The translations under genes were made by a program, and so were the position numbers. A DNA stretch of 57,959 bases, counting the filler, from Callorhinchus milii (Eukaryota), in NCBI RefSeq assembly GCF_018977255.1. It is 2 parts of 2 records of this genome, joined end to end, with 100 filler letters (N's around TTAATTAATTAA, not from the genome) between each part and the next. Parts side by side here need not be neighbours in the genome. Positions count along the whole stretch, not along the records: positions 1 to 28,991 come from NW_024705661.1; positions 29,092 to 57,959 come from NW_024705662.1. The stretch is one strand, 5' to 3'. Of the stretch, positions 25,501 through 38,600 are shown in pieces. Each line of letters begins with the position of its first letter. Position 1 is the first letter of the stretch. The notes beneath the pieces are model-generated. The model was not told the origin of the DNA. It did not search any database and saw nothing but the letters and a program-made list of their open reading frames with translations.

Positions 25501-28134
25501 TGTCGGACTGTGAGAGAATTATTTTGAATTTTTGGACTCTGAGAGGGAGTGACAGATTGGGGAGGCCTTCATCCAACATCAGTTTGACTATGGCTGATGA
25601 TTATATAACTGACAATTGTTGAATGATTCCTCTGTCATCATATCATCACCAGCTATTTTCTATCCACTTCCAAATGACGGCCCGACACACATCACCACTC
25701 CCCATCACATTCACGCAATGCCTCAATGTTTCTGGCTCCTGCACGAGCATTGAACTCATTGCTCCATCTCCACGGTGTCCGCCTTTTTCCTTTTTGGCTG
25801 CCATTCAATTACCAACCCCGTCCATCTGTTCTCGCAATGTATCCTGCACAATCCAGGTTCATCGGAACGGCTAATTGCATGGTTCAAACGTGACTTTCTA
25901 CGCGTCTTGGTGCACACTTTAGCTTGCGCTCCCTTATCTCTGCACTACACGTGTGCACTCTCTATCTAGTGCGTAAACCATGAACGTGATTCCCTCGACA
26001 GGAGGCGCCGGCAGAGTGCCAGGTCATTGTGCCGCTCTCCCCACTTGACATCGCTGGACGACCATTGCCCGATGGGGATGTCGAGCCCCCCCACGCCTCC
26101 GCTGAGAAACCCCTTCTCCTGGTCGAGGAGAAGGTACCCAGCGTGGAGGAGGCGGAGCGACGCGACAATGAGCCGGAAGTCAGGTAGGGAGGGGAGTGGG
26201 AGATGCAGCAGTAGCGGTGGGTGCTGGGGTCTGGTTAGGGAGAACCAGTCGTCTGGACAGGCAGTTAGACAATTACTGTAGGTGTGGGCCAGCATAGGTG
26301 TGAGTATAATCGTAACCTCCTCATCCCACAACTTCTCCACGGTGTCGTGTTTTATTCGAGTCACTCTACTGCTGGATGAGGACCCCCCCACACCGTGTGG
26401 GTCGTGGGGGTTATTTGACCATACTTCACCACTCTGGGCAGTGCGGGGTTGTGAAGGCGGGGGACAGCATAGGTGTGGAGTATGTAAGTGCAGTACAACG
26501 ATGTTTCTGCACAGACCTACAGATCACATTGCAGCCCCCGCAGTCTCCAGCAGCTGCTGTGATCAGTGGTCGCCGATCCAAGCTCTGATCGCGCTCATTC
26601 ACAGTGACAACAAATGCTGCTTCTGAGAATCCGTACTTTCATCAGCGTTGGAGCAAACAAATACATTGGGCAGGTTGTTATCACTGTCTCATCGCCAAAG
26701 TCGGGCTCGCTTGACCCAGTACTGGTGAAATGCAAGGCCAATATTCAAATATGCTCAAAATGTCCCCCCCAATATATTGCTATAAAATAGATTTCTGTTT
26801 ATATGACTGTGGTTATGGTTGTACTTTATTAATCCCTAATCTCTGCCATTACTTACAATGAAACAAGAAAAGATGAAAAATAAAAAACAGAGCAATGTAA
26901 TACAATACAATATTAGACATTATTGTTAAAAATACATAAAATTTAAATCCCATGTGTTAGTGAATTTTTTTCAATATTTTAGGCAAGAAATTAGTTTTCA
27001 AATTTAGATTTTGTTTCTGGGGGTTGACCCCCTGGAAGATTTGGTCCCCCCAATGTTGACTCCATGGCTACAGCCTTGGTGAAATGCCACATGTTTTATG
27101 AGATTGAGATCCATTGCTTAGACGAACTCAATGCTGACATTAAAACCGAATCACTTATTGCAGACATTGTAAGAAGCACCGCCGCAGGCATAACCGTGCC
27201 AAGAATGGCATTGATGACCACGCCGATGCATCCTCTCCCACCACCAGCGAACGCTCGGCGTCACCGGTGGTGCAGGAAGGTTCAGCCACCTCGGGCTCGT
27301 GTGGAAAGGTAAGAATCATCACTATCATCGTCTCACACGAACACAACATCTCGTGCATTCAGCCACATGGTAACCGACATAGAACCATCCACCGCGGAGA
27401 TGGAATTATAAAATAAGTTTGTGTGTAGGTACCAGCTGGACTCTTTTGCATTGTCGGACTGTGAGAGAATTATTTTGAATTTTTGGACTCTGAGAGGGAG
27501 TGACAGATTGGGGAGGCCTTCATCCAACATCAGTTTGACTATGGCTGATGATTATATAACTGACAATTGTTGAATGATTCCTCTGTCATCATATCATCAC
27601 CAGCTATTTTCTATCCACTTCCAAATGACGGCCCGACACACATCACCACTCCCCATCACATTCACGCAATGCCTCAATGTTTCTGGCTCCTGCACGAGCA
27701 TTGAACTCATTGCTCCATCTCCACGGTGTCCGCCTTTTTCCTTTTTGGCTGCCATTCAATTACCAACCCCGTCCATCTGTTCTCGCAATGTATCCTGCAC
27801 AATCCAGGTTCATCGGAACGGCTAATTGCATGGTTCAAACGTGACTTTCTACGCGTCTTGGTGCACACTTTAGCTTGCGCTCCCTTATCTCTGCACTACA
27901 CGTGTGCACTCTCTATCTAGTGCGTAAACCATGAACGTGATTCCCTCGACAGGAGGCGCCGGCAGAGTGCCAGGTCATTGTGCCGCTCTCCCCACTTGAC
28001 ATCGCTGGACGACCATTGCCCGATGGGGATGTCGAGCCCCCCCACGCCTCCGCTGAGAAACCCCTTCTCCTGGTCGAGGAGAAGGTACCCAGCGTGGAGG
28101 AGGCGGAGCGACGCGACAATGAGCCGGAAGTCAG
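10463..28134 (+). CDS. Predicted spliced repeat-protein gene: exon 1 + 9 x (145-nt exon A + 182-nt exon B), at least 998 codons, 3' end beyond the contig break
   Basis: Exon A starts at 11569, 13519, 15470, 17419, 19367, 21316, 23265, 25213, 27164 (branch-like tgctgac, ttattgcag| ... AAG|gtaaga). Exon B starts at 12359, 14308, 16259, 18208, 20156, 22105, 24054, 26002, 27953 (tccctcgacag| ... CAG|gtaggg). Phases 2/0/2 all join in frame with no stop. Confidence 0.5.
10516..10607 (+). repeat. 35-bp minisatellite (2.6 copies) starting at the splice donor
   Basis: gtgagtcggacgctgaagccccacgcgggccccgt-type units at 10516, 10551 and 10586. Confidence 0.85.
11905..12205. mobile_element. Two tail-to-tail RTE-clade LINE 3' fragments (repeated in every array unit)
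   Basis: Plus strand: IGEAFIQ...G followed by a tgatgat tail. Minus strand: RWTGLVIEWQPK...WKWIENS followed by tgatgat. Both resemble RTE C-termini. Confidence 0.6.
13088..13433. mobile_element. Non-autonomous hAT-type element (346 bp), one per array unit
   Basis: Ends are caaggc...gccttg. A perfect 8-bp TSD GTGAAATG lies at 13080-13087 and 13434-13441. AT-rich core. Confidence 0.8.
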
Positions 28135-28991
28135 GTAGGGAGGGGAGTGGGAGATGCAGCAGTAGCGGTGGGTGCTGGGGTCTGGTTAGGGAGAACCAGT
28201 CGTCTGGACAGGCAGTTAGACAATTACTGTAGGTGTGGGCCAGCATAGGTGTGAGTATAATCGTAACCTCCTCATCCCACAACTTCTCCACGGTGTCGTG
28301 TTTTATTCGAGTCACTCTACTGCTGGATGAGGACCCCCCCACACCGTGTGGGTCGTGGGGGTTATTTGACCATACTTCACCACTCTGGGCAGTGCGGGGT
28401 TGTGAAGGCGGGGACAGCATAGGTGTGGAGTATGTAAGTGCAGTACAACGATGTTTCTGCACAGACCTACAGATCACATTGCAGCCCCCGCAGTCTCCAG
28501 CAGCTGCTGTGATCAGTGGTCGCCGATCCAAGCTCTGATCGCGCTCATTCACAGTGACAACAAATGCTGCTTCTGAGAATCCGTACTTTCATCAGCGTTG
28601 GAGCAAACAAATACATTGGGCAGGTTGTTATCACTGTCTCATCGCCAAAGTCGGGCTCGCTTGACCCAGTACTGGTGAAATGCAAGGCCAATATTCAAAT
28701 ATGCTCAAAATGTCCCCCCCAATATATTGCTATAAAATAGATTTCTGTTTATATGACTGTGGTTATGGTTGTACTTTATTAATCCCTAATCTCTGCCATT
28801 ACTTACAATGAAACAAGAAAAGATGAAAAATAAAAAACAGAGCAATGTAATACAATACAATATTAGACATTATTGTTAAAAATACATAAAATTTAAATCC
28901 CATGTGTTAGTGAATTTTTTTCAATATTTTAGGCAAGAAATTAGTTTTCCAATTTAGATTTTGTTTCTGGGGGTTGACCCCCTGGAAGATT

Positions 28992-29091
28992 NNNNNNNNN
29001 NNNNNNNNNNNNNNNNNNNNNNNNNNNNNNNNNNNTTAATTAATTAANNNNNNNNNNNNNNNNNNNNNNNNNNNNNNNNNNNNNNNNNNNN
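28992..29091. other. Artificial 100-bp contig linker
   Basis: 44 N + TTAATTAATTAA (stops in all six frames) + 44 N. Confidence 0.95.
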
Positions 29092-29482
29092 TTTGGGAGC
29101 TGTTCCGAAAATTAGGCCAGATCCCAAAAGAATAGGAAAATCAGTGCCTTAATGACCCTCAATGATCATATAATGATTTCTCGCACATTTCTCTTTCTCT
29201 CTTGAAGGGAAGCTCCAAGTCATTTTAAGAATATCTTTTTGCATTTTTTTTTCTCTGACCAGTTTGTTTAATGGAATGGTCTACATACTGTACAGACTAG
29301 AAGCCAGCAAGCCAGAACATACACAGAGATCAAACCTGTCTAACAGCAGGTAGATTAATTATGTAACAAATCCCACAAGTTGTCCATCGGCAGTTCCACA
29401 CGGATCAGAAGATCCCGTTCCCTCCCCCACTCACGCACACGCCCTCCCCCACCAAGTAGGAGCAGACGCCTTCTTGACCACC

Positions 29483-29603
29483 TCAGTCAGAGTCGGAGTC
29501 CAAGTCTGACGACGTTCTCGTTTCGACCATTTTGTGCATCGCTTCGTCCAAAGGAGCCATTTGTCCATCCGGACCAACTCCCATCGGCTGAATTATCTGC
29601 TCT
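29483..29603 (-). CDS. RIC8A: RIC8A coding exon 10 ([13 protein letters not shown]...SSDLDSDSD*)
   Basis: Acceptor ccgcag; TGA at 29483-29485. Confidence 0.9.
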
Positions 29604-32600
29604 CTGCGGTGAACAAAGACAGGGTTTAGCACGTCAGGAGGACATCCCAAGGCTCTGGGACAACACAACCTGGAAGCATGAACCTGTGGCCGTTGTTTTC
29701 CGCAGAGCCGTAATATATATCCAAACCCCCCACCAAAAAAAAATCTTAATTAAAATGGAAAAGCTGACTTCTGAAGTATCAGTGGTTCAAGTCAGTTGGT
29801 TAATGTCTCTGCTGGCAGAGCACCACTAAAGCTCTCTTGGGAGGGAAATTCACCGGCTTGTAACCTTGCCATCTGGCTCCACTGAGAGAAGTAATGAAAC
29901 GATGCCAGGCTTCTCCACATTGCCTTTCTGCTTTGTTTCTGGTTCATCTGCTGGTTATCCTTGGGATTTCCAAACTCAATCACAGAAGGGGGTGGGGGGG
30001 AGGAAAGAATTGTCGCACAGAAGGAGGTCATTAAATTTATCAAAGCTATGCTGGTGCCAACGCCTCCATTGAAGCCCTCTAACCTCTATTCCCTTTCTTT
30101 TCCCCACAGCCTTTATATTTATTACACAATGGTTGTTTATCATTTGTTCTGACAAAGACCCTGCATTCCCCCACCTCCATTCCTCTGCAACTTCAATTCA
30201 CTCTCTCTCTCTATCAGTTTCCTGGCTGACAATTCCCCGCCCCACCACCACCCCCCCACTCCAAGACAATATCGGTCACTCAATCCATGACTTGGACACT
30301 GCTGTGCACAACTGGCTGCTGCTTTTGGCCCACAAAACACACAGTCAACGTACTTTACAGTATATTCTGTGAAGCGCTTTGAGACGTCTCAACGACGTGA
30401 TAAGGTGCTGTATCAAATGCAAGGATTATTATTATTAAATTACTCCTTTTTAGACAATGATCGAGCTTCCTCTTGAAAGCTCACATGGCCCTGCCTTGAT
30501 CATTGAACAGTGCAGGATGTCCCACATCTTGTCAATTGTGTTTCTCCCCATCAACTCGATCGCATCCGCTCACATTTTAAGGATCTCCGTCAATTATAAC
30601 ATGGGGAAAACCCCGTTAGTGGCCAAAAGTCGATGCATCTAACGCATTTCTCCATTAAGACTAAAATCTTGCGACATTGCAGAACCTTTGACACCTTCAG
30701 AAACCTTTGGCTTGGGGGTGGGGGAGCGGGGTGGGGGGGGGGGGGGGAGTTTGATCATCAGCATTATCAACAACAAAAACAACAAATGACACTGTCACCG
30801 TGCATTTCACATCAGGAGGGAGGATGTCCCGAGGCGCTGAACAGTCAGGGATTTGGACCTGAGCTGTGGGCGGTGGTGGGGGGGTGTGGTGGGTTGGGAT
30901 CAGGAGGGGTGGAGGGAAGTGAAGGTAGGTGTAGAAGGGTTACCGAAGACACGGTCAAAAGGCAGGGTCTTGAGACAGGCCTTGAAGGAGGCGAGGATGC
31001 CTATCATTTGTGCTTGTGTGGCCGCGACGGTTAATGTAACCTCGACAGCTAACTTAATCCCGTTTTTTTTGGTCGATTCGAGCGCGATCCGCCTTTGGCT
31101 GCTTCCAATTTCAGCTACACAGCAGGCAGCCAGCAATACCTCCCGGCACAGTGGCAGGCTTGGCCCCAATACCCAGATTCAACATAAATAATCAATTAGG
31201 CAGCGCTGGAGGCGTGGGGTTGGAATGTCGGCTGTTTGTAATGTGGCACCTTTACATTCCGTCAAGCTTTTTCATAGCAAACAAAAGAATCTCGTTGGAA
31301 GTCATTGCTGGAAACATCAGTACAGAGGGTCCATTAGCTCGGATTCCGAGAGCTAAGAAAATGCATTCGGAAAGTGAGTAGGAACCCGGTTGCTAAGTCG
31401 ATTGGTGTATTGCTTTCTGGGGTAAAAGTTCCTCCACTCCCCGCCCCCCCCCCCCCCACCCACACACATCCACTTCCCCTCCCACACACACACATTTCAC
31501 GTCCTCTCGACATGAAAGACTTTTTTTTAAAATGTAAACTGTATTGCATAGTATATCCCAATGTATTAATCCTATTAACTGTTGAAGTAATCGGTTTGAT
31601 TTGCTTTTGGGAGTTTTGCACCACAGATGAGCTTAGAAACGGTCACAAACCCCGGCCTGAGCTGAAACAATCAAGTTAATTTAAGGTCGGCCTCGACAAC
31701 GCAAGCAGCGAGGAGGCTGGTGGGTACCTGGAAAGCTTATCGAACATGTTGAATAGCTTCATGGCTTCAAACTCCTTCTGTTCGTCCGTCATTCCCTCCA
31801 TTGGGTTCACCACTCTCTCTTCAACACGCCCCGTCACGGGATTAATACTGCAACACGAGTGTTAATACAGAGAATGAAGTAGCATGTGGCACTGTGTGAT
31901 CGAGCAGAGCTCAAGTTCCACTCTCCTGAACTCAGTTAAGTCTTTTTTCGACCCTTTGGGTGACAGTCCCAAAGGTGCCAATTTCCTCCGTGCAGGCGTT
32001 TAATCAGCTAAACCCGCATAGCTTGCCATTGAGAGCACTGACTGGCAAGTTTCCCACTCCTTGGTCCTCCCTACCCCACAGAGCTTTGGCTTACAAGGTT
32101 AACAGGAGACGAGTGGGAGGAATTCCTGCTCTCAGTCCCAGTCTGTCCTTCAATGACATACCAACCTGCCAGGCTAGTTGGCCTGTCATCAGCAGGACTC
32201 TGGAATATTGAGGACCTGCCAGGCTCAGGAGCCAAACTACTGAGAGAGAAAGCCACAAAGAAACAACATGATTACGATATTTCACTGCCAGGATGTCACC
32301 TTAGAGCCAAGTGAGAGTTCAAGATGGGGTCAAGAAGGTCCCATTGAACTCTTTCATCAAAATCCGTGACCTAAACCTGAAGCTGGATTGGTCCCAGGCT
32401 CCTCTTTCACTTATCAGGGAGACGAGAAAGTAAAGGGGAAATGAACACTGACTTACTTTGCTTTGGCTTCTTTATATTCCTCTGTGTCTGTGTCTTCATC
32501 TTCTGAATATGTGCCTTCTCCTCGACCCCCTCCCATTAGGCCTCTGGCAGCAAGCAGACCTGCTGCGTTCCCGTAACCCGTGTACTTTACAAACCTAGCG

Positions 32601-35600
32601 ACTAGATGAGAAACCAGAGTCAAACAACTACTTACATTTTTTTATGAGCACTTACCACGGCAATACATCTCAATGGGTCTCACAATAATTAATGGTCAAG
32701 TGTAGCGACTGCTTAATGCCAAAAAGGCAGCCATTTTGTGTGTAGGAAGGTCCCGCACACCACCTCGAGGTGAACAACCCAATTTGACGACAGGGAGAAG
32801 GTCCCTTCTCCTTTTGAAAAGGGTCAGTGACTAATTTTCATGTCCGCCTGAAGAACAGGGCAAGCAGGACCTCGGTTTTACCTCCCCATCTGAAAGCCGG
32901 CATCTTCTACAATGTAGCACTGGTTGGGTGTGTCAGCCTAGACATAGGGCTCAAGGCCACTATTTGAACCCACAACCATCTTACCCAAGAGAGCCACCAA
33001 CTGAGCCAGGCAGACACGACCTTTAGATGAAACCTTATTGAGCTTGCCTTGCAACCCGAGATAGCAAAGTTGCTGGACTCCCAACCAGGAGACCTAATTG
33101 CAATCCCAATCCAGGCAGTTTTCAGGGGAGGAAAAGTGATGTGAGAGGGGGAACTCTCAAACCATTCACCTGCTGAGATCAGTGAATATTTCAATGGTCA
33201 GGGATCCAGCCTGGTGGGTTCCTATTGATTGCTCCAGTGAGCCCCCTAACGAACACTGACCATGTCTTCAGGGTTGCCCGAGTGAGAAGAGCTAACAGTG
33301 GAGATGAAGAAAATCTTAGCACCATTTCAAAAGGGGTAAAAACAATGGCGAGGCAGTTAATGCATGCTGGTCTTTTTGCTGGGGGTGTGGGGGTGGTGGG
33401 GGAGGAATTGCTTATGCACAAAAATATTTGCAAAGAAATTGGTGATTTTTGGTGCATTAAGACAGTGAAACAGCTATAAGCTGGTGGGGTGGTGGGGAGG
33501 GTGAGGGTTTGTAATACCTCCCCCTGGCTCGGTGTTGTGCTCCGCCACTGTTAAGCGCTCCTGGGACACTACCCTGCGTGAGGGGGTGGGGGCTATATAA
33601 ATGGTGGTGGTTGTTGTCGTCTGGTGCTCACCACTCTCCTTGCACAGGACAAATAGGTACTCAGCAGCGCAGTGCTTGATGTCCGTGTCTATGTGCGTCA
33701 TCAGGCGAACCAGCTTGTTCCGCAGTAAGTTCCCCACCTCAGGCCGAGTTTTCACGTCCCGCAGAGGGGGCAGCACCTACGGGTTCAAAGCCAATTTACA
33801 CAAACGTGCGTCAAAAACATTCCCCAAGCCCAATAATTTTTGTGATAAGACACAAGTTTGGAAGAAATCTGTTCGAAAGGAAGAAAAGCACGAGAGATTT
33901 CACGCAGCCGGTTGATATTGGCAGCTCTGCTGAAGGTAACCAGCAGAGGATTTCAGAGACTGCATTTGTGTCGTGCTCGGGAGAAACTGTTTCCACTGGC
34001 AGGTGGGTCAGTAACCATAGGGCACAGATTTAAAGATAATTGGCAAAAGAACCAGAGGGCGAGATGAGGAGATTTTTTTTAAAAAAACCCAGCGAGTTGT
34101 TACGGTCTGGAACGCACTACCTGAAAGAGTGGTGGAAACAGGTTCCATAGTAGTTTTCAAAAGGGAATTGGACATACATTTGAAAAGGAAAAAGAATTGC
34201 AAGGCTGTGGGGAAAGAGCGGGGGAGTGGGGCTAGTTGGGTAGCTCTTTCAAAAGAGCTGGTACAGGTACGATGGGCCGAATGGCCTCCTTCTGTGCTGT
34301 CTGATTCTAAGAATCCATTAGGCGCACTGTGAAAACCCATGTGTAGATAGAGTGCTCTTAATTATACTACTAACAAGCCGTGAAAAGGATTACAGGATCT
34401 GGTTTACCCAACTCGCTTAATAGACCACAGAGACACCTGAACATGATGCTATTGCTGTTTAGGCTGCACATTACTAATGGCTGCTTTCACATCAGTGCCA
34501 GATGGTCTCCTCGCCTGTGTCCACATCCTGTTTGTGCTCCTGTGGCCTTGCAGTCTGTCTGCAGTCGCTGAGCCAGCTTTTCCAGTGGGAAGGAATGCTC
34601 ACCTTGAACCGGAGGAACTTCCTGGTCTCACGGTGCACTCGGGCGCTCTCTGTCAGCAAGTTCAGTGCTGGTGTCAGTGTCTCCTTCAGTTTGTGCCCCT
34701 GAAGTGAACCAAACAACCTCCATGACTCTTTAGGATGATGTGGAGCTGGCAGTGTCAATGGTGAGCAGAGTGGGGGGAGAGGAGGGGAAGGGGAGATGAC
34801 AGTACAATACAGTTTATATTTATACAGTTCACTTCAGGTCAGGAGAGGGTCTCGAGGCGCTTGTGCACTTTTTCACCGTTCGATCGCTGGATCACAGCGG
34901 GCAGATTTGCTGGTGTGCGGATGTTGAGAATAATTCATGCTTTGACGAGTTATCTGATAACCCACGTCTTATGAATTTGTCCAGATGTTTCACAAGGAAA
35001 ATTAACCCACAAAATATACAGTCAATTCACTTTACAGTATACTCTGTGAAGCGCTTTGAGACGGTTCAACGACAGGATAAGACGCTATATCAAATACAAG
35101 GATTATTATATCTGAGCGTATAATGTGTCTATGTGTCTTTGTTTAGATGGCTCCAAATTTAGTTTGGAACGTAGTCAAGAAATTGACTAAGGAAGCAACT
35201 GAAAGGGATTAGTATTTTGCTGCAATGTCAATTGCAAATAAACTGGAAGATTTGTAAATTTAACCTTTGATTGCCCTTCCTAACCTGCCTCTGGTATGAG
35301 CCCTCTCCTGTTCCCATTAGCCCTAAGCCCCCATTCATCCGGATTAGCTGCAGTGGTAACATTATATGTTTGATGACAGATCTGTGTTTAAAAATCTCAT
35401 CTCTTTTGGATATAAAAATTGCCCCTCGCTCTAGTTTGGAGTTACAATCAATGTAGACGACAAACTGGCAAGAAATAAGATGAGATTTACTGAGGTATTT
35501 TTACACTCAGCCAACCAGCTTTTAGCAGAATCGCAGATGAAGTCTATTAAGACTGTGCTTCACTGGGGCTTGTGATGCAACGCCGATATTGATACAGATG

Positions 35601-38600
35601 AATGCAGGAGAAATGTTGTACCCAGAATTATGAGGGGCTTTGATAAAGGTGGCATCCTGGCTCAGTTATTAGCACTCTCCGGGTTAGAAAATTGTGGGAC
35701 CACATTGGGGACACCGAGCTCACAGCCTAGGCTGACGCTTAAGTGCAGTATTGGGGGTGGGTGGGAGAGGCGCTGCAATGTCAAAGGTGCCGTCCTCTGA
35801 ATGAGACATAAAACCAAGGCCTCTTCTTCCATTTCAGGTGGACGGTAAAGATCCTACTGTTTGAAATCAGAAGGGAGTTTCTCCCAGTGTCCTGGACAAC
35901 AATCCTGCAGATAAAACAACCATTCACCTTCAACGGCTGTTTGTGAGGCATGTTGCAGTGCACATATCGTCTCAAATTATGCAATCGCTGTGCGTCAAAG
36001 AAAATCTGTTGCGATGATCATTATTGCCAACGTTAGCCTGCGATCGCTTACCCTGTCCAGCCTCTCCTCCATGAAATCCAGGAGGATGTTCACAGCATCC
36101 ATGTTCATCCCCATGTACTCGACCGAGCCTTGCTGGACTTTGGGAGTCAGCAGCACATCCAGACACATCAGTGGCAGGTTCCCCATCAGGTTCACTGTGT
36201 GGCTGAGCACATGAACGGGAAAATGCTAACAACTCACACTGACACACACCCATTCATGCTGGCATTGAACAGTGCAGGTACAACATTGATAAATTAATAT
36301 TTATATAGCGCCTTTTACGTCAGGAGGACCTCCCAAGGCACTGGATAGTCAAGAGTTTGCACCTGATCTGGGGGTTGGAATCAAGAGGGATGGAGGGCAA
36401 ATGGGACATGGAGCAGGCCAGTGCTGGTCGAGCAGAGGGAGCGGGCAGGTTAGTATGGTTTTAACGGCAGAACAAAGCACCTTGCACCAAGGTACACACA
36501 GCCTAAGACTGAGGGGAATTTCAGGCATCAAGGAGAGGGATCTTAGCTGATATCTAATGGAGAGAGAAAGTGGAATGACAATCGTCAAAAAAAAAAGCAG
36601 AGTTTGCGCGAGCGATTTTAAGCTATTTTACATTTTCGTTCCAAGATGAGGGATAAGGTGCCCCTGACATTCCATTCAGGGGTCACAGCCACTGCTGATA
36701 GGAGGTGTGATTGAAGTCTGAGACGTGAGGGAATCAGCTTGCAGTCTTCATTGCTATAAAAGACCCACTTAACTGGGGACAAGCTGTCTTTGAATGACAG
36801 TCACTCCGGGGACTGGAGGGGAAAGCTTTCTGGGGTGAGGCAGTGTTTGTCGAACTCCCAGTTCTGTCAACAAATGCAAAGTCGCTCTATTTTTGGGTAA
36901 AATGGATTTATACCTGCAGTTCAGCAAAAAGTCAACCACAGTGATCTGGGAATATCAATCCCACGTGCACCATCAAAATCAGAGCAATCTAAACGTGTGT
37001 GGCTGATCCCTTATGTGCTATTGCTAAATAGTCAAACTAACTAAACACACACACATATATAGGTACGTACATGGATGCATACACATATCTACACATGTGC
37101 ACGCACACATACGTGTACACACACATGTATACATACAGGTCCGCTCCCATGCAATAAGAAATTTGATCACTCAATCCACAACTGTTTGTGGGACGCTGCT
37201 GTGCGCAATTGGCTGCCGCGTTTCGCCCACAAAATATACAGTCAATTCAGTTTATTCTGTGAAGCGCTGTATCAAATGCAAAGATTGTTATTATTATCAT
37301 CATTTTAAAGTGTAAGAAATCATAGCCATAACGATGACTGAGTGATTTTTGGCAAACGTACCAATATCTACTGTTAGAAAGTGTGGATTTATGACGGCAA
37401 TTCAAAATCCGTCTGATTCTCACCCTTGTCTCTGCTGAAATTAATTGACGGTTCCTCACAGCATTTACGTTTGCAACTAAATCAATATCTATAACTCCTG
37501 GGGAAGAGCGCAGGCTATAACAGCGGTTGGTCAACATGGCTTGAGAAGTAATAGATTGCGGCTTGCAAAACCCACTGGAGCATTTGAGCATTAAATCTAA
37601 CAGGTTAAGGAATTCAGCCAATAAAATTTACTCGGATTTCAAGAAGAGGCGTCTGATTAAGCTCTACGAGTCAAATTTTTCACAAAGGTTAAAAAGCTTC
37701 AAATCAATTTGCCCGGCAGCTGGTTAGATCGCAAACAGGTTCAGCAATAGGAAACAGGATCTGAATGCTAAACGGAAAGACTTCAATGGTAAGTCCCATT
37801 CTAAACACATAATAAAGGCTGGTGTCAGCCATCAGGTGAATAGATTTGTGTTAGGTCAGGGTGTCAAGGGAAAAGGGGCAAGGGTGGGAAATTGGAGTTG
37901 AGGTACAGATCAGGCTCGAGAGGCTGAATGCCTCCTCTTGTTCCTATCAGAGCACATTCGACCCCCCCCCCCCCCAATAAGTGGCTGACAATGAGGGGGA
38001 AAAAAATAATTACACACGATTCAGATCGTCAAATAATCCCCTTCTTTGTAAACGTTTTAAAGAAGCACAATATTGGGCAATTACATCCAATATTGTAAAA
38101 CAACCGTCTATTTTTCTCTGAATTATATTCCTATTTCTTGGAGACTGAAACACCTCCCTCTCTCTTGCCCCCCGTCCCACCACCACCATCCGCAATGTGA
38201 ACCAGTGCTGAATAAAGGACATTGGAATGAATTTGTAACGCGCAGTCATAGACTTACCTGTGAAACTCCTCTGTTCTGTCCTCGCCGTCCGCTTTGATCA
38301 GTAAACAGTGACGCAGGATAGCACCAAGGTGACGGTATAGAGCAGCATCTTCCTGTCGTCAGAGAAATACTGCTTTACACCCCAGTTATAGACAACCAAT
38401 CAAGAGATTTAGTAAGCGATTTAGCAAATGATTTAATAACAGGTAAAGTCCTTTCAGTTTTACTGACGAGCCTGAGACAAGAGTGTGTGTCAGCCTGGCT
38501 CACTCGGTAGCTCTCTCGTCTCTGACTCAACTTGTGCGTTCAAGCCCCATGTCGATATTTTGAACTCACACTGACTGACACTGCAATGCAGTAGTGGGGG

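Larger units (their letters stand above)
10651..28991. repeat. Tandem macrosatellite, unit about 1949 bp, 9 complete + 1 partial copies
   Basis: Unit starts (aattactgtagg) at 10651, 12628, 14577, 16528, 18477, 20425, 22374, 24323, 26271, 28222. Periods are 1977, then 1948-1951. Near-identical ORF sets recur in every unit. Confidence 0.97.

Noticed and set aside
10651..28991. Recurring 60-200 aa ORFs in the array (MATALVKC..., MWASIG..., MCRSPH..., etc.) and a CRISPR-like interpretation
   Set aside because: The ORFs start inside TE fragments or at non-ATG codons, and several are off-frame or antisense shadows of the predicted exons. The units are near-identical 1.95-kb copies with no unique spacers and no cas genes.
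29036..29047. TTAATTAATTAA palindrome
   Set aside because: Artificial linker centred in N padding, not biological.
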